A stretch of 64,000 bases of DNA from Candidatus Latescibacterota bacterium (GTDB taxonomy: Bacteria > Latescibacterota > UBA2968): positions 1,568,001-1,632,000 of the forward strand of contig OZ220741.1 of the NCBI GenBank assembly GCA_965116885.1, given 5' to 3'. Numbering within the stretch: position 1 is the first letter of the stretch; every line of letters starts with the position of its first letter. A program made the translations under genes and the position numbers. The notes under the pieces were generated by a model. That model had not been told where the DNA came from, did not search any database, and saw only the letters and a program-made list of their open reading frames with translations. Positions 1 through 10,260 of this stretch are shown here, piece by piece.

Positions 1-1
1 C

Positions 2-745
2 GCCAGGGAACTCGTGGATCAGGGCTATACCGGTCTCAAGATGGGGGGGATTGAGCACTGCATCCGCGATATTACGGCGATACGCAATGAGGTGGGGGAT
101 GATGTCGATATTATGGTCGATTTGCACGGTATGCCGTGGATGACGACGCGCGATGCGATTTCTATGGGGCGGAGGCTTGAAGAATTTGGGGTGTTTTTTT
201 ATGAGGAACCGGTGGCGCCCGAGAACGTGGAGGCGCTTGCGCGCGTGTCCGAAGCGATTAATATCCCCCTTGCAGCCGGGGAACGGCTCGCATACATCTT
301 CGGTGCGCGGGAGCTTATTGAGCGCGAGATCGTGGATGTTATCCAGCCGGATGCCGGGCGGTTTGGGGGTCTGGCTCAGATGAAGAAGCTCGCGGGCATG
401 GCCGAGGCACACTATATCCAGTTTGCGCCTCACGATGGGTCGCTGGGGCCGGTGGGGGAGATCGCGTCTCTCCATCTGTGTGCGACGTTGCCAAATTTTT
501 TGATCTGGGAGCACCGAACGGGCGATGTTCAGGCGCGGTATGAGGTGATGGCTCCGCAACCTGAGGTGGTCGATAGTTATATCGCGATTCCCGAGGGTCC
601 GGGCTTAGGTGTTGATCTGGTGGATGAAGAGATCGAAAGATATGCGTGTGAATTACTGGGCGGGCGTTCGTCCTATGCGGAGGACAATACGTACGACAGT
701 CAGTACGTATATGCCCGGTTCCCCCGGAAACGGTGGCTGGGGTAG
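2..745 (+). CDS. mandelate racemase/muconate lactonizing enzyme family protein (5' partial)
   Basis: GLK, MVDLH, EEP, AAGE, QPD and APH motifs of the enolase superfamily; frame is open to the window start. Confidence 0.9.
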   Translation, partial: ARELVDQGYTGLKMGGIEHCIRDITAIRNEVGDDVDIMVDLHGMPWMTTRDAISMGRRLEEFGVFFYEEPVAPENVEALARVSEAINIPLAAGERLAYIFGARELIEREIVDVIQPDAGRFGGLAQMKKLAGMAEAHYIQFAPHDGSLGPVGEIASLHLCATLPNFLIWEHRTGDVQARYEVMAPQPEVVDSYIAIPEGPGLGVDLVDEEIERYACELLGGRSSYAEDNTYDSQYVYARFPRKRWLG

Positions 746-754
746 GGAATTTGC

Positions 755-1924
755 TCAAATCTCCATCACGGTCTGCGCCTGGATTCGGTCCCAATCGATT
801 TTTCGCCCGAGTCCGGGCGTTTGCGGTACGAACATGTAGCCGTCTCGTACTTCTGTCGTTTCTTCGATCAAGCCGGCAAATGCCGACGCGAGGGATCTGT
901 CTGCGCCCGTGGGCGGCCAGGATGAGACTTCCCACCAGTCGTCGTTTCGGACTGCGGCTACGACGTGGGGATTTCCCCCGTGGCAGTTTAGACCAAACAT
1001 TTCCGCGAGGTTGGCCAATTTCATTTGTCCCGTGATGCCCAGTCCTGTTTGGCGCACGATGTCGATGGCGCCGATTGACAGGTACGGCGCGGCGAGGTAG
1101 GGGTTGCCCTGGATGGATTCCAGTGCCATTACTGGAAGGTCGATTGCGTCTGACAGCCGCTTCAGGCCGTTGATGTCGAATTCCTGCAGGGGTTCTTCGA
1201 TCCAGAGATAATTCAGTTCTTCGAGTCCGCGTCCGACTACGATTGCATCTTCGACAGAGTATTGTTGTACCGGGTCGTGCATGAGTACCATGTCGTCGCC
1301 TACGAGGTCCCGGATGTCTTTGGCGAGCGCGAGGTTGGTTTCCACGCCGAGCATGGAATGGTCTTTGAAGCCTTTGTATCCTTCGTCAACAGCCCGTTGA
1401 GCGGATTTTAGGGTGTCTTCGTAGGGTATGCCGGTTTCGGTGAGGTACGCGGGAACGCGATTGCGAAATCCGCCGAGCAATTTGTGGATGGGTAATTGTG
1501 CGTGAAGGCCCGCCAGGTCCCAGAGGAGGGAGTCGATGAGGGCGAGCGGTGCGGTGGATGCCATGTGGAAATACCGCCGCGCCATCCACATTTTGTGCCA
1601 CATATACTCCCGGTCCAGCGCGTCCGTGCCTGCGATTTCCGGTTCCCACTGTACTTTGAATGTGCGCGCTGCCCATTCGAGGTCTTCCTGTGCCCAGCCT
1701 GTGGAAAAAATACCGCAGGTTTGTAGGTTTGCATCTGTGCGGATGCGAAGCAGGGTGAGGTAAGCCGGTCTTTTTGTGAGCTGAATTCCCTCGCCTTGAA
1801 AGAGCCGATGACCAAATCGCACTTTGTGCGCGCCGGGATATTCCCGCATGGTGCGCAATGGTCGCCATTCCGGGGTTACGGGTTCGCTTTTCAGGATCAG
1901 AAAGTCGATTGCTTCAATTTTCAT
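755..1924 (-). CDS. enolase superfamily (mandelate racemase-like) protein
   Basis: DSLLWDLAG...LPIHKLLGG, GFKDH, LMHDP, WIEEP motifs; GGAGG RBS. Confidence 0.85.
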   Translation of the reverse strand: MKIEAIDFLILKSEPVTPEWRPLRTMREYPGAHKVRFGHRLFQGEGIQLTKRPAYLTLLRIRTDANLQTCGIFSTGWAQEDLEWAARTFKVQWEPEIAGTDALDREYMWHKMWMARRYFHMASTAPLALIDSLLWDLAGLHAQLPIHKLLGGFRNRVPAYLTETGIPYEDTLKSAQRAVDEGYKGFKDHSMLGVETNLALAKDIRDLVGDDMVLMHDPVQQYSVEDAIVVGRGLEELNYLWIEEPLQEFDINGLKRLSDAIDLPVMALESIQGNPYLAAPYLSIGAIDIVRQTGLGITGQMKLANLAEMFGLNCHGGNPHVVAAVRNDDWWEVSSWPPTGADRSLASAFAGLIEETTEVRDGYMFVPQTPGLGRKIDWDRIQAQTVMEI

Positions 1925-1936
1925 GGCGTTATCCTC

Positions 1937-2677
1937 CTATTTTCCTACTGAGCCGAAATATACGGCAAAATGTTCGACGCCGTCGAGTTTGAGTGCCCGA
2001 TTCAATTCGTCGTCGTTGAATGCCGCACTGGTGCAGGCGCGGCAGTTTACCGCCATGGTGCCCAGGTACAGGTTCTGCCCCACATGACCGGCGTCAAGAT
2101 GGATGTAGCGATACCCCCGGTCGCCGTAGCGCCAGGTCATTCGGGTGGCTACTGTTGTCCAGATGAATGTGGCGGCACTTGTCTGGATCAGTTCGGGTTG
2201 CAAGGTGGTGTTGGCAATTTTGTCGCCTATTTCCTCTGATTGGTCGATTATCCCCAGCTTGTGTCCCATGGCCAGATACCGGTATAACCCGCGGTCCAAT
2301 CCTTCCACGTTATTTACTACGATATAGGTTTCAAATGCGTGGCGCGCACCCGCCGATGGTACGGTGCGAAATGTTTCGCCTTGATCAAATTCTTTTACGC
2401 CCTGCGTTGCCCAGAGTAAGTAGGTCAGGGTATCCAGTGTGATGGGTTCGTCGAAGAATACGCGTTCGCTCTTGCGCTCGTCTATGGCTCGGCGCAGGTC
2501 GATTTGCGTTGTTTCGATCTGCGCGGGTTCGGGTAGATCTATTGTTTCGCCCTGGTAATGCAATTCGGGCATGGGTGGTGGTTCTCTGCGCGCTTGCCCG
2601 GTTGGACCCAGATTTTTAAACTGTGTGCGCCGCATGAATTCCGGTCCCGCTTGCGGTCGTCGTTTGCGTTTTGCCAT
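1937..2677 (-). CDS. SagB/ThcOx family nitroreductase-like dehydrogenase
   Basis: RKSER, RTVPSAGARHAFETY, RYGDRGYRYIHLDAGHVGQNLYL. Confidence 0.9.
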   Translation of the reverse strand: MAKRKRRPQAGPEFMRRTQFKNLGPTGQARREPPPMPELHYQGETIDLPEPAQIETTQIDLRRAIDERKSERVFFDEPITLDTLTYLLWATQGVKEFDQGETFRTVPSAGARHAFETYIVVNNVEGLDRGLYRYLAMGHKLGIIDQSEEIGDKIANTTLQPELIQTSAATFIWTTVATRMTWRYGDRGYRYIHLDAGHVGQNLYLGTMAVNCRACTSAAFNDDELNRALKLDGVEHFAVYFGSVGK

Positions 2678-4270
2678 TTAATTTTCCTCTTTGATTTGTG
2701 CGCCTATGGCTTCTACGGCTTCTATGCCCAGGCGGTCTTCGAGTTGTTTTAAGTACAGACTGCGCGGAACTACTTTTTGTCCGTGCGATTCCCAGTATCC
2801 ATCTTCGCGTTTGTACCGACCGTTTCGTTTCTCGCCGATGCAGCCGATGGCGTAATTTTGCGATGTTGGGGGTTTTTGTAAGATAAAGCTCTCTGCCTCG
2901 CAATTCCACAATACTTTTTGCGCGCCCGCCCAACCGTGACCGGTGCCCGAACTTTGCCGGTCCTGTACGTTGATGGCGTTGCCGTTTACGATTATGTTGT
3001 CAAATAGGGTGCAGACAGACCAGCGGTGATGGGGGCCGGTGTCGGAGTGCGCGATGTCTGCTACGCAATCCACGAATGCATTTGGTCCCGGTACGCGTGC
3101 GTGTAGTACATAATCGTGACGACCTCGGCGGGTATAACACCGTTGTACGAGGGATAATTGTCCGTGGATGGGGAAGGAGTAGCGCCGCGATCCGGTGATT
3201 TTTGATACGGGGTCGAGACACTGGCTATCCTGTACGGTCATCCATTTTGCCTGGTTGCCAATGGTTACACACGCATATCCAAAGTGAACCGAGGTGATGT
3301 CGCGCGCCCAGGCATTTTGTACATAGGAGAATACGACGAAGTTCCAGGCGTGGTCTTCGTCGATGTATTCGTTTTTTCGCCGGGGATCTTTTTTGCGGTT
3401 GTCGTATTCCGATACACCGCGCAAGTTTTCAATGCCGACCTGTTCAATGCGCCCGGGATATTCGTATTTGTAAATCGATCCGCCGCCGTATTCGCGTTCT
3501 ATCGCGTTGCCCATTGGCGCGTCGATTGTTATTTGATTGCCTTCTATGGCAGTTATGGTGCGGTCAAAGTGGAAGTCGTAAGAGCCGGGTTTCCATTGCC
3601 GAACGTCGGGGTGTCTCATTTCGATGCGGTCCATACCTATGGTCGCGATCCACTTTGCGGTGCTGGGGCGATGTACGATGATGTTATCGCCGACTGCAAA
3701 ATTCGAAGCATCTTCTATAGAAAATATTTTTTCGCCTACTGGGACGTAATTATCTACAATTGTCTGTCGCGTGTTTTCTATTTCTCGCGGTCTGCGTCCC
3801 CGGCCTTTAAATTCGATTAATGTGCGCTGTCCTTTCCCCGTTGCGATCAATACTGTGCCGTTTTCACCCGTGCCCTCACCGCGGAGCACGATGCCACTTG
3901 CCCGAATATGCAGGGTTCCGCTAATTCGATATTGTCCGCGTTCGAGTAATAAGGTGCCGCGAAATCCATTGGCGTCCGGTGTGCGCGCAGATACGTCGTC
4001 AATTGCCGCTTGTAATCGCGCTGTGTCGTCTCCTTCAGCCTGGGGTTGAACGGTTAATACGACGGGTACATCTGGCAGTGCCACACCACCACCCATGTAC
4101 CCGCAGTGCGAGAAGTCCGGGATTATATTGCCCTTTTCATCCGGTACATAGACCAGTCGTCCGTCAGGTCCCGGATATACCAATTTGCTGTGGTTTCCTT
4201 CTGCCCACGCGGTTGTGGTGCAGGAGAGAAATACGCACAGTACGACGATAAAGCTCAGTATATCAATCAT
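2678..4270 (-). CDS. secreted beta-helix polysaccharide-lyase-like protein
   Basis: Signal peptide (AWA), PDFSHCGYMGGG, GDDTARLQAAID, SGIVLRGEG pectate-lyase-like N-terminus. Confidence 0.7.
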   Translation of the reverse strand: MIDILSFIVVLCVFLSCTTTAWAEGNHSKLVYPGPDGRLVYVPDEKGNIIPDFSHCGYMGGGVALPDVPVVLTVQPQAEGDDTARLQAAIDDVSARTPDANGFRGTLLLERGQYRISGTLHIRASGIVLRGEGTGENGTVLIATGKGQRTLIEFKGRGRRPREIENTRQTIVDNYVPVGEKIFSIEDASNFAVGDNIIVHRPSTAKWIATIGMDRIEMRHPDVRQWKPGSYDFHFDRTITAIEGNQITIDAPMGNAIEREYGGGSIYKYEYPGRIEQVGIENLRGVSEYDNRKKDPRRKNEYIDEDHAWNFVVFSYVQNAWARDITSVHFGYACVTIGNQAKWMTVQDSQCLDPVSKITGSRRYSFPIHGQLSLVQRCYTRRGRHDYVLHARVPGPNAFVDCVADIAHSDTGPHHRWSVCTLFDNIIVNGNAINVQDRQSSGTGHGWAGAQKVLWNCEAESFILQKPPTSQNYAIGCIGEKRNGRYKREDGYWESHGQKVVPRSLYLKQLEDRLGIEAVEAIGAQIKEEN

Positions 4271-4280
4271 AAGATCTCCT

Positions 4281-4736
4281 TTACACGATGTCCTCGTATC
4301 GCGGTAGTGTGTCTATGAAGCGATAGGCGTTGTTTTTTCGATCAATTGCACAGCAATAATGTTGCAGGCCATTTGTTGCGATGAGGTAGGTGGCCTGTAC
4401 GACTGTATTGTATCGCCCAATCTGGTCAAAGACCTGTTGGGTGATTTTTACTTCGGGGGCTTTGCATTCTGCCATTAACAGTGCTTTTCCTTTTACGTCA
4501 TATACGAGTACATCGGCGCGACACTGCATGCCCTGAAATACAAATCCGGTTTCGATTGCGGTGCGTCCCTGCGGATAGCCCAGTCCTTTGATCAAATATC
4601 GCACAAGATTCTGTCGCACCCATTCTTCGGGGGTTAATACCACGTATTTTTGACGGAGGGAGTCTAAGATCATTTCGCTTCCGTCGCGGTTTGCGATGTC
4701 AAATGTGGATGAGGTTGGGAAATTTAGTTTTTGCAT
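4281..4736 (-). CDS. stand-alone type I restriction enzyme HsdR N-terminal domain protein
   Basis: TPEEWVRQ, RAD...ECK...Q..RYN...TNG motifs. Confidence 0.85.
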   Translation of the reverse strand: MQKLNFPTSSTFDIANRDGSEMILDSLRQKYVVLTPEEWVRQNLVRYLIKGLGYPQGRTAIETGFVFQGMQCRADVLVYDVKGKALLMAECKAPEVKITQQVFDQIGRYNTVVQATYLIATNGLQHYCCAIDRKNNAYRFIDTLPRYEDIV

Positions 4737-4758
4737 GGTGTTATCTTATCGTATAAGC

Positions 4759-4833
4759 GGGCGGGCACAGGGGCACCGCCCCTACAAAAACCCGATAACA
4801 TATCATCGTAGGGGACGGCCCCTGTGCCGTCCC
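4759..4833. repeat. pair of GTAG-family REP palindromes
   Basis: GGGCGGGCACAGGGGCACCGCCCCTAC (4759-4785) and GTAGGGGACGGCCCCTGTGCCGTCCC (4808-4833); related copies at 15139-15207 and 35131-35157. Confidence 0.8.
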
Positions 4834-4854
4834 GAATGACCATAGAAAATCCCT

Positions 4855-6126
4855 CTATTCCCTCAATGCCACGACGGGCGCGAGTGAGGCGGCTTTGCGG
4901 GCGGGCAAGAGCGCGAATATAAAGCACAATCCCACGGATGCGATAGATATGTATGCAAAATCAATGGCGAGCATTTTTACGGGTAATGCCTGGATGATGT
5001 AAATTTGACCGGGGAGTTTGATCCATTCAAAGGTTTGTTGCGACCAGCACAGGAGATAGCCAATCGCATTGCCCAAAACGACGCCTGTAAGGCCAACGCC
5101 CAGGCCCTTGAGTGTGAAGATTTTGCCAATTGCACGCGGTGTTGCGCCCATTGCTTTTAATATGCCGATGTCGCGCTGTCTGTCGCCTACTGTCATGGTC
5201 AAGATGCTGACGATGTTGAAACCGGCTACCATTACAATGAGACACAGTACCAGAGAGCTAAACCATTTTTCCAGACGGATGGATGCATACAGGTTGCGGT
5301 GGGTGTCCATCCAGGTTATGACATCAAAATCTGTTCCTGCGGGAAGGGTGGATGCGATACGGTGTGCTTCATAAGGTTCGGCGAGCCGAATCTGGATGCC
5401 CGAGATTTGGTCGCGCCATCCCAGGTCGCGTTGTGCCGCTTCGAGCGGTACAAATGCGAGTGCAGAGTCGAGTTCGTCCAGGCCCGTGTGAAAGATGGCG
5501 GTTACTTTGTAGGGCCACAATTGCGGTTGTTGTCCCATTAAGACTTCTTTGGGTACCAATCCCAGCATGATTTCGGTGCCGACTACTGCGCCGAGCCGGT
5601 CTGCGAGTACGCGGCCAATGGCCGTGCCATACACTTTGGCGCGTCTGGTGGCGGGCGTGATTTGATCGGGGTCGGGAGGTTGAATATTCAGATCGAGGTC
5701 TCCTGCCCATAAATACGCATTGAGGTCTGTAATTTTTGCCAATTGTGCGGCGTCTATTCCCCGCACGGCCACGCCAGCCTGGATCATTTCGCCGCCAGGG
5801 GGTCGCCGAAGCGCGAATCCCTCAGTCGCTATAAAAGGTGCTGCTGCGCGTACAGCGGTCTGTTTTTTTATGTATTCGATTTGTTCTGCGTTGGGCGACA
5901 TGGGCTGTGCATGGGGTTTTTGCACGATGACATGCGGGCTTACACTCAACAGGCTGTCCCACAACAATGCCGAAAATCCATTAAAGACGGATAGGACAAT
6001 GACGAGAGCGGCAACGCCAATGGTTACGCCTGCAATAGCAATGGCAGCGGTTAACGATATCTGGCGTTGCTGGCGCATGGCGCGCATGAGTCGCCGCGCG
6101 ATGAAGTATTCGTAGGTATTACTCAT
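4855..6126 (-). CDS. LolC/E family lipoprotein-releasing ABC permease
   Basis: IVLSVFNGF, FNIVSILTM, DIGILKAMGAT, MacB/FtsX-type topology. Confidence 0.9.
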   Translation of the reverse strand: MSNTYEYFIARRLMRAMRQQRQISLTAAIAIAGVTIGVAALVIVLSVFNGFSALLWDSLLSVSPHVIVQKPHAQPMSPNAEQIEYIKKQTAVRAAAPFIATEGFALRRPPGGEMIQAGVAVRGIDAAQLAKITDLNAYLWAGDLDLNIQPPDPDQITPATRRAKVYGTAIGRVLADRLGAVVGTEIMLGLVPKEVLMGQQPQLWPYKVTAIFHTGLDELDSALAFVPLEAAQRDLGWRDQISGIQIRLAEPYEAHRIASTLPAGTDFDVITWMDTHRNLYASIRLEKWFSSLVLCLIVMVAGFNIVSILTMTVGDRQRDIGILKAMGATPRAIGKIFTLKGLGVGLTGVVLGNAIGYLLCWSQQTFEWIKLPGQIYIIQALPVKMLAIDFAYISIASVGLCFIFALLPARKAASLAPVVALRE

Positions 6127-7348
6127 ATCTAATAGCTTCTATGGGGTCCAGTTTTGCCGCTCGTTTTGCGGGCCAGCGGGCAAATACGAGGCATAGCAAT
6201 AATGCCAGTGCCGAGATCATCGCGAAGTCCAGTATATTTATGGTTACGGGTAGGGCGTTGATAAAATAAATATCGCCGGAAAGCGATATGGGTGCATAGA
6301 CCTTTTGTATCCAGCACAGGCCCCCGCCCAATATATTGCCCAATAATACACCACTCGCTCCGATTATTAGACCTTCTCGGGAAAAAATTTGGGCGATGCT
6401 TTTGGGTGCTGCCCCCATTGCTTTCAAGATGCCAATTTCGCGTCTGCGCTCATTCACGGCCATGGTTAGTATGCTGATGATGTTGAATCCCGCGACGACT
6501 ACGATCAGGCTCAAGACCACGAAGCTCGCCCATTTTTGCAACTGGATCCACGCGTACAGATTGCCCTGTGCATACATCCACGATGTGGGGAACATATCGG
6601 CATGCGTTTCCGCCAATGTCTCTCGCAATTCAACGCTGACGCGATCGGCCTCAAATGCATTGACGAGGCGCACTTGAATGCCCGTTGCCAGGTCGCCCCA
6701 TTGTAAGTCCCGTTGTGCAGCCGAGAGGGATACGTAGATTAGTGAGGCGTCAAATTCGTAAAATCCCGTTTCAAAAATGCCGGTTATCACATATTGTCGA
6801 AGGGGGGGTATGTTGGTGAGGTCTTTGGGGGCGGCCAGCAGGCGAATTTTTGATCCTGTGGAGGCACCCAATTTTTCGGCGAGTGTTTTGCCTATCACGA
6901 TTCCAAAGGTGTTGCCTTCTATGCGGGTTAATTCCATTTTCCCTTCGGTTATGTGATGGACGATGTCGCTGCTTTTCACAATGCCATCTACGCCCCGCAC
7001 TAAGACACCCGATGTGACAGTGCCCACATCTTTGACCCTGTTCAGTACATAACCTTCTGTTTCTATGACGGGGTTGGCTCCGACTACTTCGGGATGTTTT
7101 TCGAGCAATTGGATGATGGGGGCGTAATTTTCTATGCGTTCGCTGTACGGGCGCCGCACGGTTATATGGGGATTTATGCCCACCTGGCGGTCAAAGATCA
7201 TGTCTGCATAGCCATTCATTACCGATAGAGTGATGACGAGTGCCCCAACTCCCAGTCCGACGCCTATGATGGCAATGATTGTGGTTAATCCCATGCGACG
7301 ACCAACGCTGAAGAGGTGTCGTCTAATTATGGTCCATTCATATCCCAT
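6119..7348 (-). CDS. LolC/E family lipoprotein-releasing ABC permease (paralog)
   Basis: LSVMNGY, FNIISILTM, EIGILKAMGA; start taken at MGYEW by analogy with the paralog. Confidence 0.9.
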   Translation of the reverse strand: MGYEWTIIRRHLFSVGRRMGLTTIIAIIGVGLGVGALVITLSVMNGYADMIFDRQVGINPHITVRRPYSERIENYAPIIQLLEKHPEVVGANPVIETEGYVLNRVKDVGTVTSGVLVRGVDGIVKSSDIVHHITEGKMELTRIEGNTFGIVIGKTLAEKLGASTGSKIRLLAAPKDLTNIPPLRQYVITGIFETGFYEFDASLIYVSLSAAQRDLQWGDLATGIQVRLVNAFEADRVSVELRETLAETHADMFPTSWMYAQGNLYAWIQLQKWASFVVLSLIVVVAGFNIISILTMAVNERRREIGILKAMGAAPKSIAQIFSREGLIIGASGVLLGNILGGGLCWIQKVYAPISLSGDIYFINALPVTINILDFAMISALALLLCLVFARWPAKRAAKLDPIEAIRYE

Positions 7349-7437
7349 ATCCCAGCCTTTATACAAAAAATCCCGATTCAGAAACACACCGGTGTTTAGA
7401 ATCAGGATTTTTGTGTTGTGATGTTCAGGTTGCAGTT

Positions 7438-8187
7438 TCACAAGTTGTTTTTTTCCAGCGAACTGAGCCTGTCTCTCAACCGAGCCGCTTGTTCATATCG
7501 TTCTTCGACAATGGCTTTTTGGAGTTTTTGCACCAGTTTTTGTTGCAAAGTGATTGGGCGATCGCGTTCTATTTCTTCAGCCCATGCGGAGAGGGCTTCG
7601 ATCTCTTCGTCTGCTTCAACGCCAGAATTTGCCACGCATGTTTGAATTTTGTCGATTCCTTCTTCAATGTGGTTCAGAGCACCGGCATAATCGTCTTTTT
7701 GCAAACAAATTTCACCCCGCGCACGGGTGTGAATCATGAGTACATAAGGCCGATAGTGTTCAAATATTTTTCGATCCTCTTCTTCTTCGGCATAAGCCCG
7801 CACGAGATCCAGAAGTGCCAGATTGTGGGCGGTGTCGCGCACGACTGATTCAAAATCGCCCAGGCGCATCAAACAGACATAGCGATGATAAAATAATAGT
7901 CCCTCTTGGCTCAATTCGATGCACGCATCTCTGTCGAGATAAAAATTCTCATCTGTACCAGAATGCGTGTGTTCGGCTTCGAGTTGATCTAAATAGTAGT
8001 CCAGCAATGAAAAATGGCCGTTCGGACACGTTCCGTCAGGTCTATCGTTCATTTCCATCTGCATTAAGCCCAGATCCAGACGTACTTGCAATTTTTCCCG
8101 TCCGTCCAGGCCCCGAATTTTGCGTACACAAATATCAGTGGGGTCAAAATCCCAGTTAGATAAAAATGGGCTGAGGTCGTGTTTCAT
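7438..8187 (-). CDS. UvrB/UvrC motif-containing protein
   Basis: C-terminal LQKAIVEERYEQAARLRD UVR motif; N-terminal LQVRLDLGLMQME..RPDG. Confidence 0.75.
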   Translation of the reverse strand: MKHDLSPFLSNWDFDPTDICVRKIRGLDGREKLQVRLDLGLMQMEMNDRPDGTCPNGHFSLLDYYLDQLEAEHTHSGTDENFYLDRDACIELSQEGLLFYHRYVCLMRLGDFESVVRDTAHNLALLDLVRAYAEEEEDRKIFEHYRPYVLMIHTRARGEICLQKDDYAGALNHIEEGIDKIQTCVANSGVEADEEIEALSAWAEEIERDRPITLQQKLVQKLQKAIVEERYEQAARLRDRLSSLEKNNL

Positions 8188-8344
8188 TATTTTTCCTTTT
8201 TTTAGTCAGTCTGTAAATGTCGGAGAAATATGAAGAAAACCCCACTAAAAGTCAACCCGTTTGCAAGGACTACGGTACTTGACAATTACATCTGGCGGGC
8301 GTTATTTTGGGGCGTTCATCACAGAGGGAAGGCTCTGAATAGAT

Positions 8345-9310
8345 ATGTCTAAATCTGACAATGAAGGTACTGTTATCCGCCACCACCTCGGCCATTATGT
8401 CGTCCAGACTGCCGATCGCGTGGTGATGTGCGCGCTTTCGACTCGTTTGAGGAAACAGCTCGAATATCCCGAAGCTGCGCCGGGTTCGCGCCGCCGCCGC
8501 GTGCAGTCAGTGAGACGGGTTCGCGTGATTGATCCGGTTGCGGTTGGAGACCGCGTGGTTTTTTCTGAGGGTGCCGATAATAGGGGTATGATCCGCGAGG
8601 TGTGTCCCCGCAGTAATAAGGTTTCTCGGCGTGCGTCTGGCGGGTCTCATAGAGAGCAACTCTTAGCTGCGAATGTCGATCAGGTTGTCCCCATTATTTC
8701 TGCGGATGAGCCTGCTCCAGACTGGCATTTGCTGGATCGCATGATAGGTATTGCAGAGTGGCAGCAGATACCGGTGTCGCTGTGTCTCAATAAACTCGAT
8801 CTCACCGATGAGACCTGGGCAGATCGGGTTATGCGTTCTTATAAGGCAATGGGATATCCGGCGGTTTATACCAGTATTATTTCCGATGCGGGTAAAGAGG
8901 CGTTTTACGATCTTTTGCGCGGAAAAGTTACCCTTTTTATGGGGGCTTCTGGCGTTGGGAAGTCGAGTTTGCTCAATTGGTTGCAACCGGGATTGCAATT
9001 GCGTACGGGACCTGTTAGCAAAGCTACGGGCGAGGGGATACATACGACAACCCATACGGAATTGGTCGCGCTCGATAAGGGGGGATTTGTCGGGGATATG
9101 CCCGGTGTTCGAGAGTTTTATCTGTACGATATAATGCCCGAAGATATTCCCGTTCTTTTTCGAGATTTTCAACCCTTTCTCGGGGGTTGTCGGTTTCGCG
9201 ATTGCGCGCATGTCCACGAACCCAATTGCGCGGTGAGGATGGGTGTGAATGATGGCGATATCGCGCTTCAACGCTATGAGAGCTATCTGAGGTTGCGAGA
9301 GAGGCCGTGA
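8345..9310 (+). CDS. rsgA: ribosome small subunit-dependent GTPase A
   Basis: NKLD, GASGVGKSS, HTTT, DMPG, C-terminal CRFRDCAHVHEPNC zinc finger. Confidence 0.95.
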   Translation: MSKSDNEGTVIRHHLGHYVVQTADRVVMCALSTRLRKQLEYPEAAPGSRRRRVQSVRRVRVIDPVAVGDRVVFSEGADNRGMIREVCPRSNKVSRRASGGSHREQLLAANVDQVVPIISADEPAPDWHLLDRMIGIAEWQQIPVSLCLNKLDLTDETWADRVMRSYKAMGYPAVYTSIISDAGKEAFYDLLRGKVTLFMGASGVGKSSLLNWLQPGLQLRTGPVSKATGEGIHTTTHTELVALDKGGFVGDMPGVREFYLYDIMPEDIPVLFRDFQPFLGGCRFRDCAHVHEPNCAVRMGVNDGDIALQRYESYLRLRERP

Positions 9311-9314
9311 GTAT

Positions 9315-10256
9315 TTAAAAAACCCGCGTTAGAAATAGAGATAAAAACGCTTCGGCATTGACGTGCATCGCGCAATCCACAGGTTCTCCAAGACGATAGG
9401 GTGGGGGTAGGCCGCGGCGGTCTGTGACGACCTGGCCCAGGGTGAGGTCGCCCGATGTTTCTATGTCGATGTACAGGGTTTCTGAGCGCAGGAGTTCGGG
9501 TGTGATGGCCGCGCCTACGGCGAGGGGGTCGTGCAGGTACACGATTGGCGCGCGTCCGAGTTGTCGGTAGAGTGCGAATACGTTCTGTACGGCATCGACG
9601 ACGAATTGAGATGCGACTGTTTTCAGGGGGGCGATCTGGTTTTCGATATCCGATCCGGATAATACGACCTGACGCGTTGCATCTAATGGTACGATCAGAA
9701 GTGCTGCGCCGGAATGGATGACTGTGTGTGCAGCGTGGGGGTCGGCGTAAAAGTTGAATTCTGCTACGGGTGTTGAGTTGCCGGTTTCTGCAATGGCGCC
9801 GCCCATTACGATGACCTGTTTGGCTTTTTGGAGTATGCCCGGTTGGCGCTGTTCTGCCAGTGCCAGATTTGTCAGGGGTCCGACGGCTATTATTGTGATT
9901 TCGCCCGGTTGGTCGGATAGGGTTTGCACGAGGAAGTCAACCGCATTGCCACGCACGTCCAGGGCGGGTTCTGGCAATATGGCTTGTCCCATGCCGCTTT
10001 CGCCATGGACTTCAGTGGCAAATACGGGGTCGCGTTTTAAGGGCTGGTCCGCACCCGCATAGACGGGTATTTCTGTGCGTTCCAATAGTTGCAATAGTCC
10101 TTGTGCGTTGCGCGTGCCGGTGTTGAGAGGGACGTTGCCGCTTACTGTGCAGATGCCCATTACATTGAGTTCCGGAGAGCCCAATGCCAGCATGATGGCC
10201 AGCGCGTCATCCACGCCGGGGTCGGTGTCTAAGATTACAGGTTGTGTGGTCGCCAT
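9315..10256 (-). CDS. inosine/uridine-preferring nucleoside hydrolase
   Basis: DTDPGVDD, VHGESG, GPLTN, AEFNFYADP, LHDP. Confidence 0.95.
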   Translation of the reverse strand: MATTQPVILDTDPGVDDALAIMLALGSPELNVMGICTVSGNVPLNTGTRNAQGLLQLLERTEIPVYAGADQPLKRDPVFATEVHGESGMGQAILPEPALDVRGNAVDFLVQTLSDQPGEITIIAVGPLTNLALAEQRQPGILQKAKQVIVMGGAIAETGNSTPVAEFNFYADPHAAHTVIHSGAALLIVPLDATRQVVLSGSDIENQIAPLKTVASQFVVDAVQNVFALYRQLGRAPIVYLHDPLAVGAAITPELLRSETLYIDIETSGDLTLGQVVTDRRGLPPPYRLGEPVDCAMHVNAEAFLSLFLTRVF

Positions 10257-10260
10257 ATTG

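Noticed and set aside
1937..2677. SagB dehydrogenase as part of a thiazole/oxazole RiPP cluster
   Set aside because: No YcaO, E1-like protein or Cys/Ser-rich precursor nearby; stand-alone SagB-like genes are common
4281..4736. Type I restriction-modification system
   Set aside because: Only a 151-aa HsdR N-terminal domain; no hsdM, hsdS or helicase
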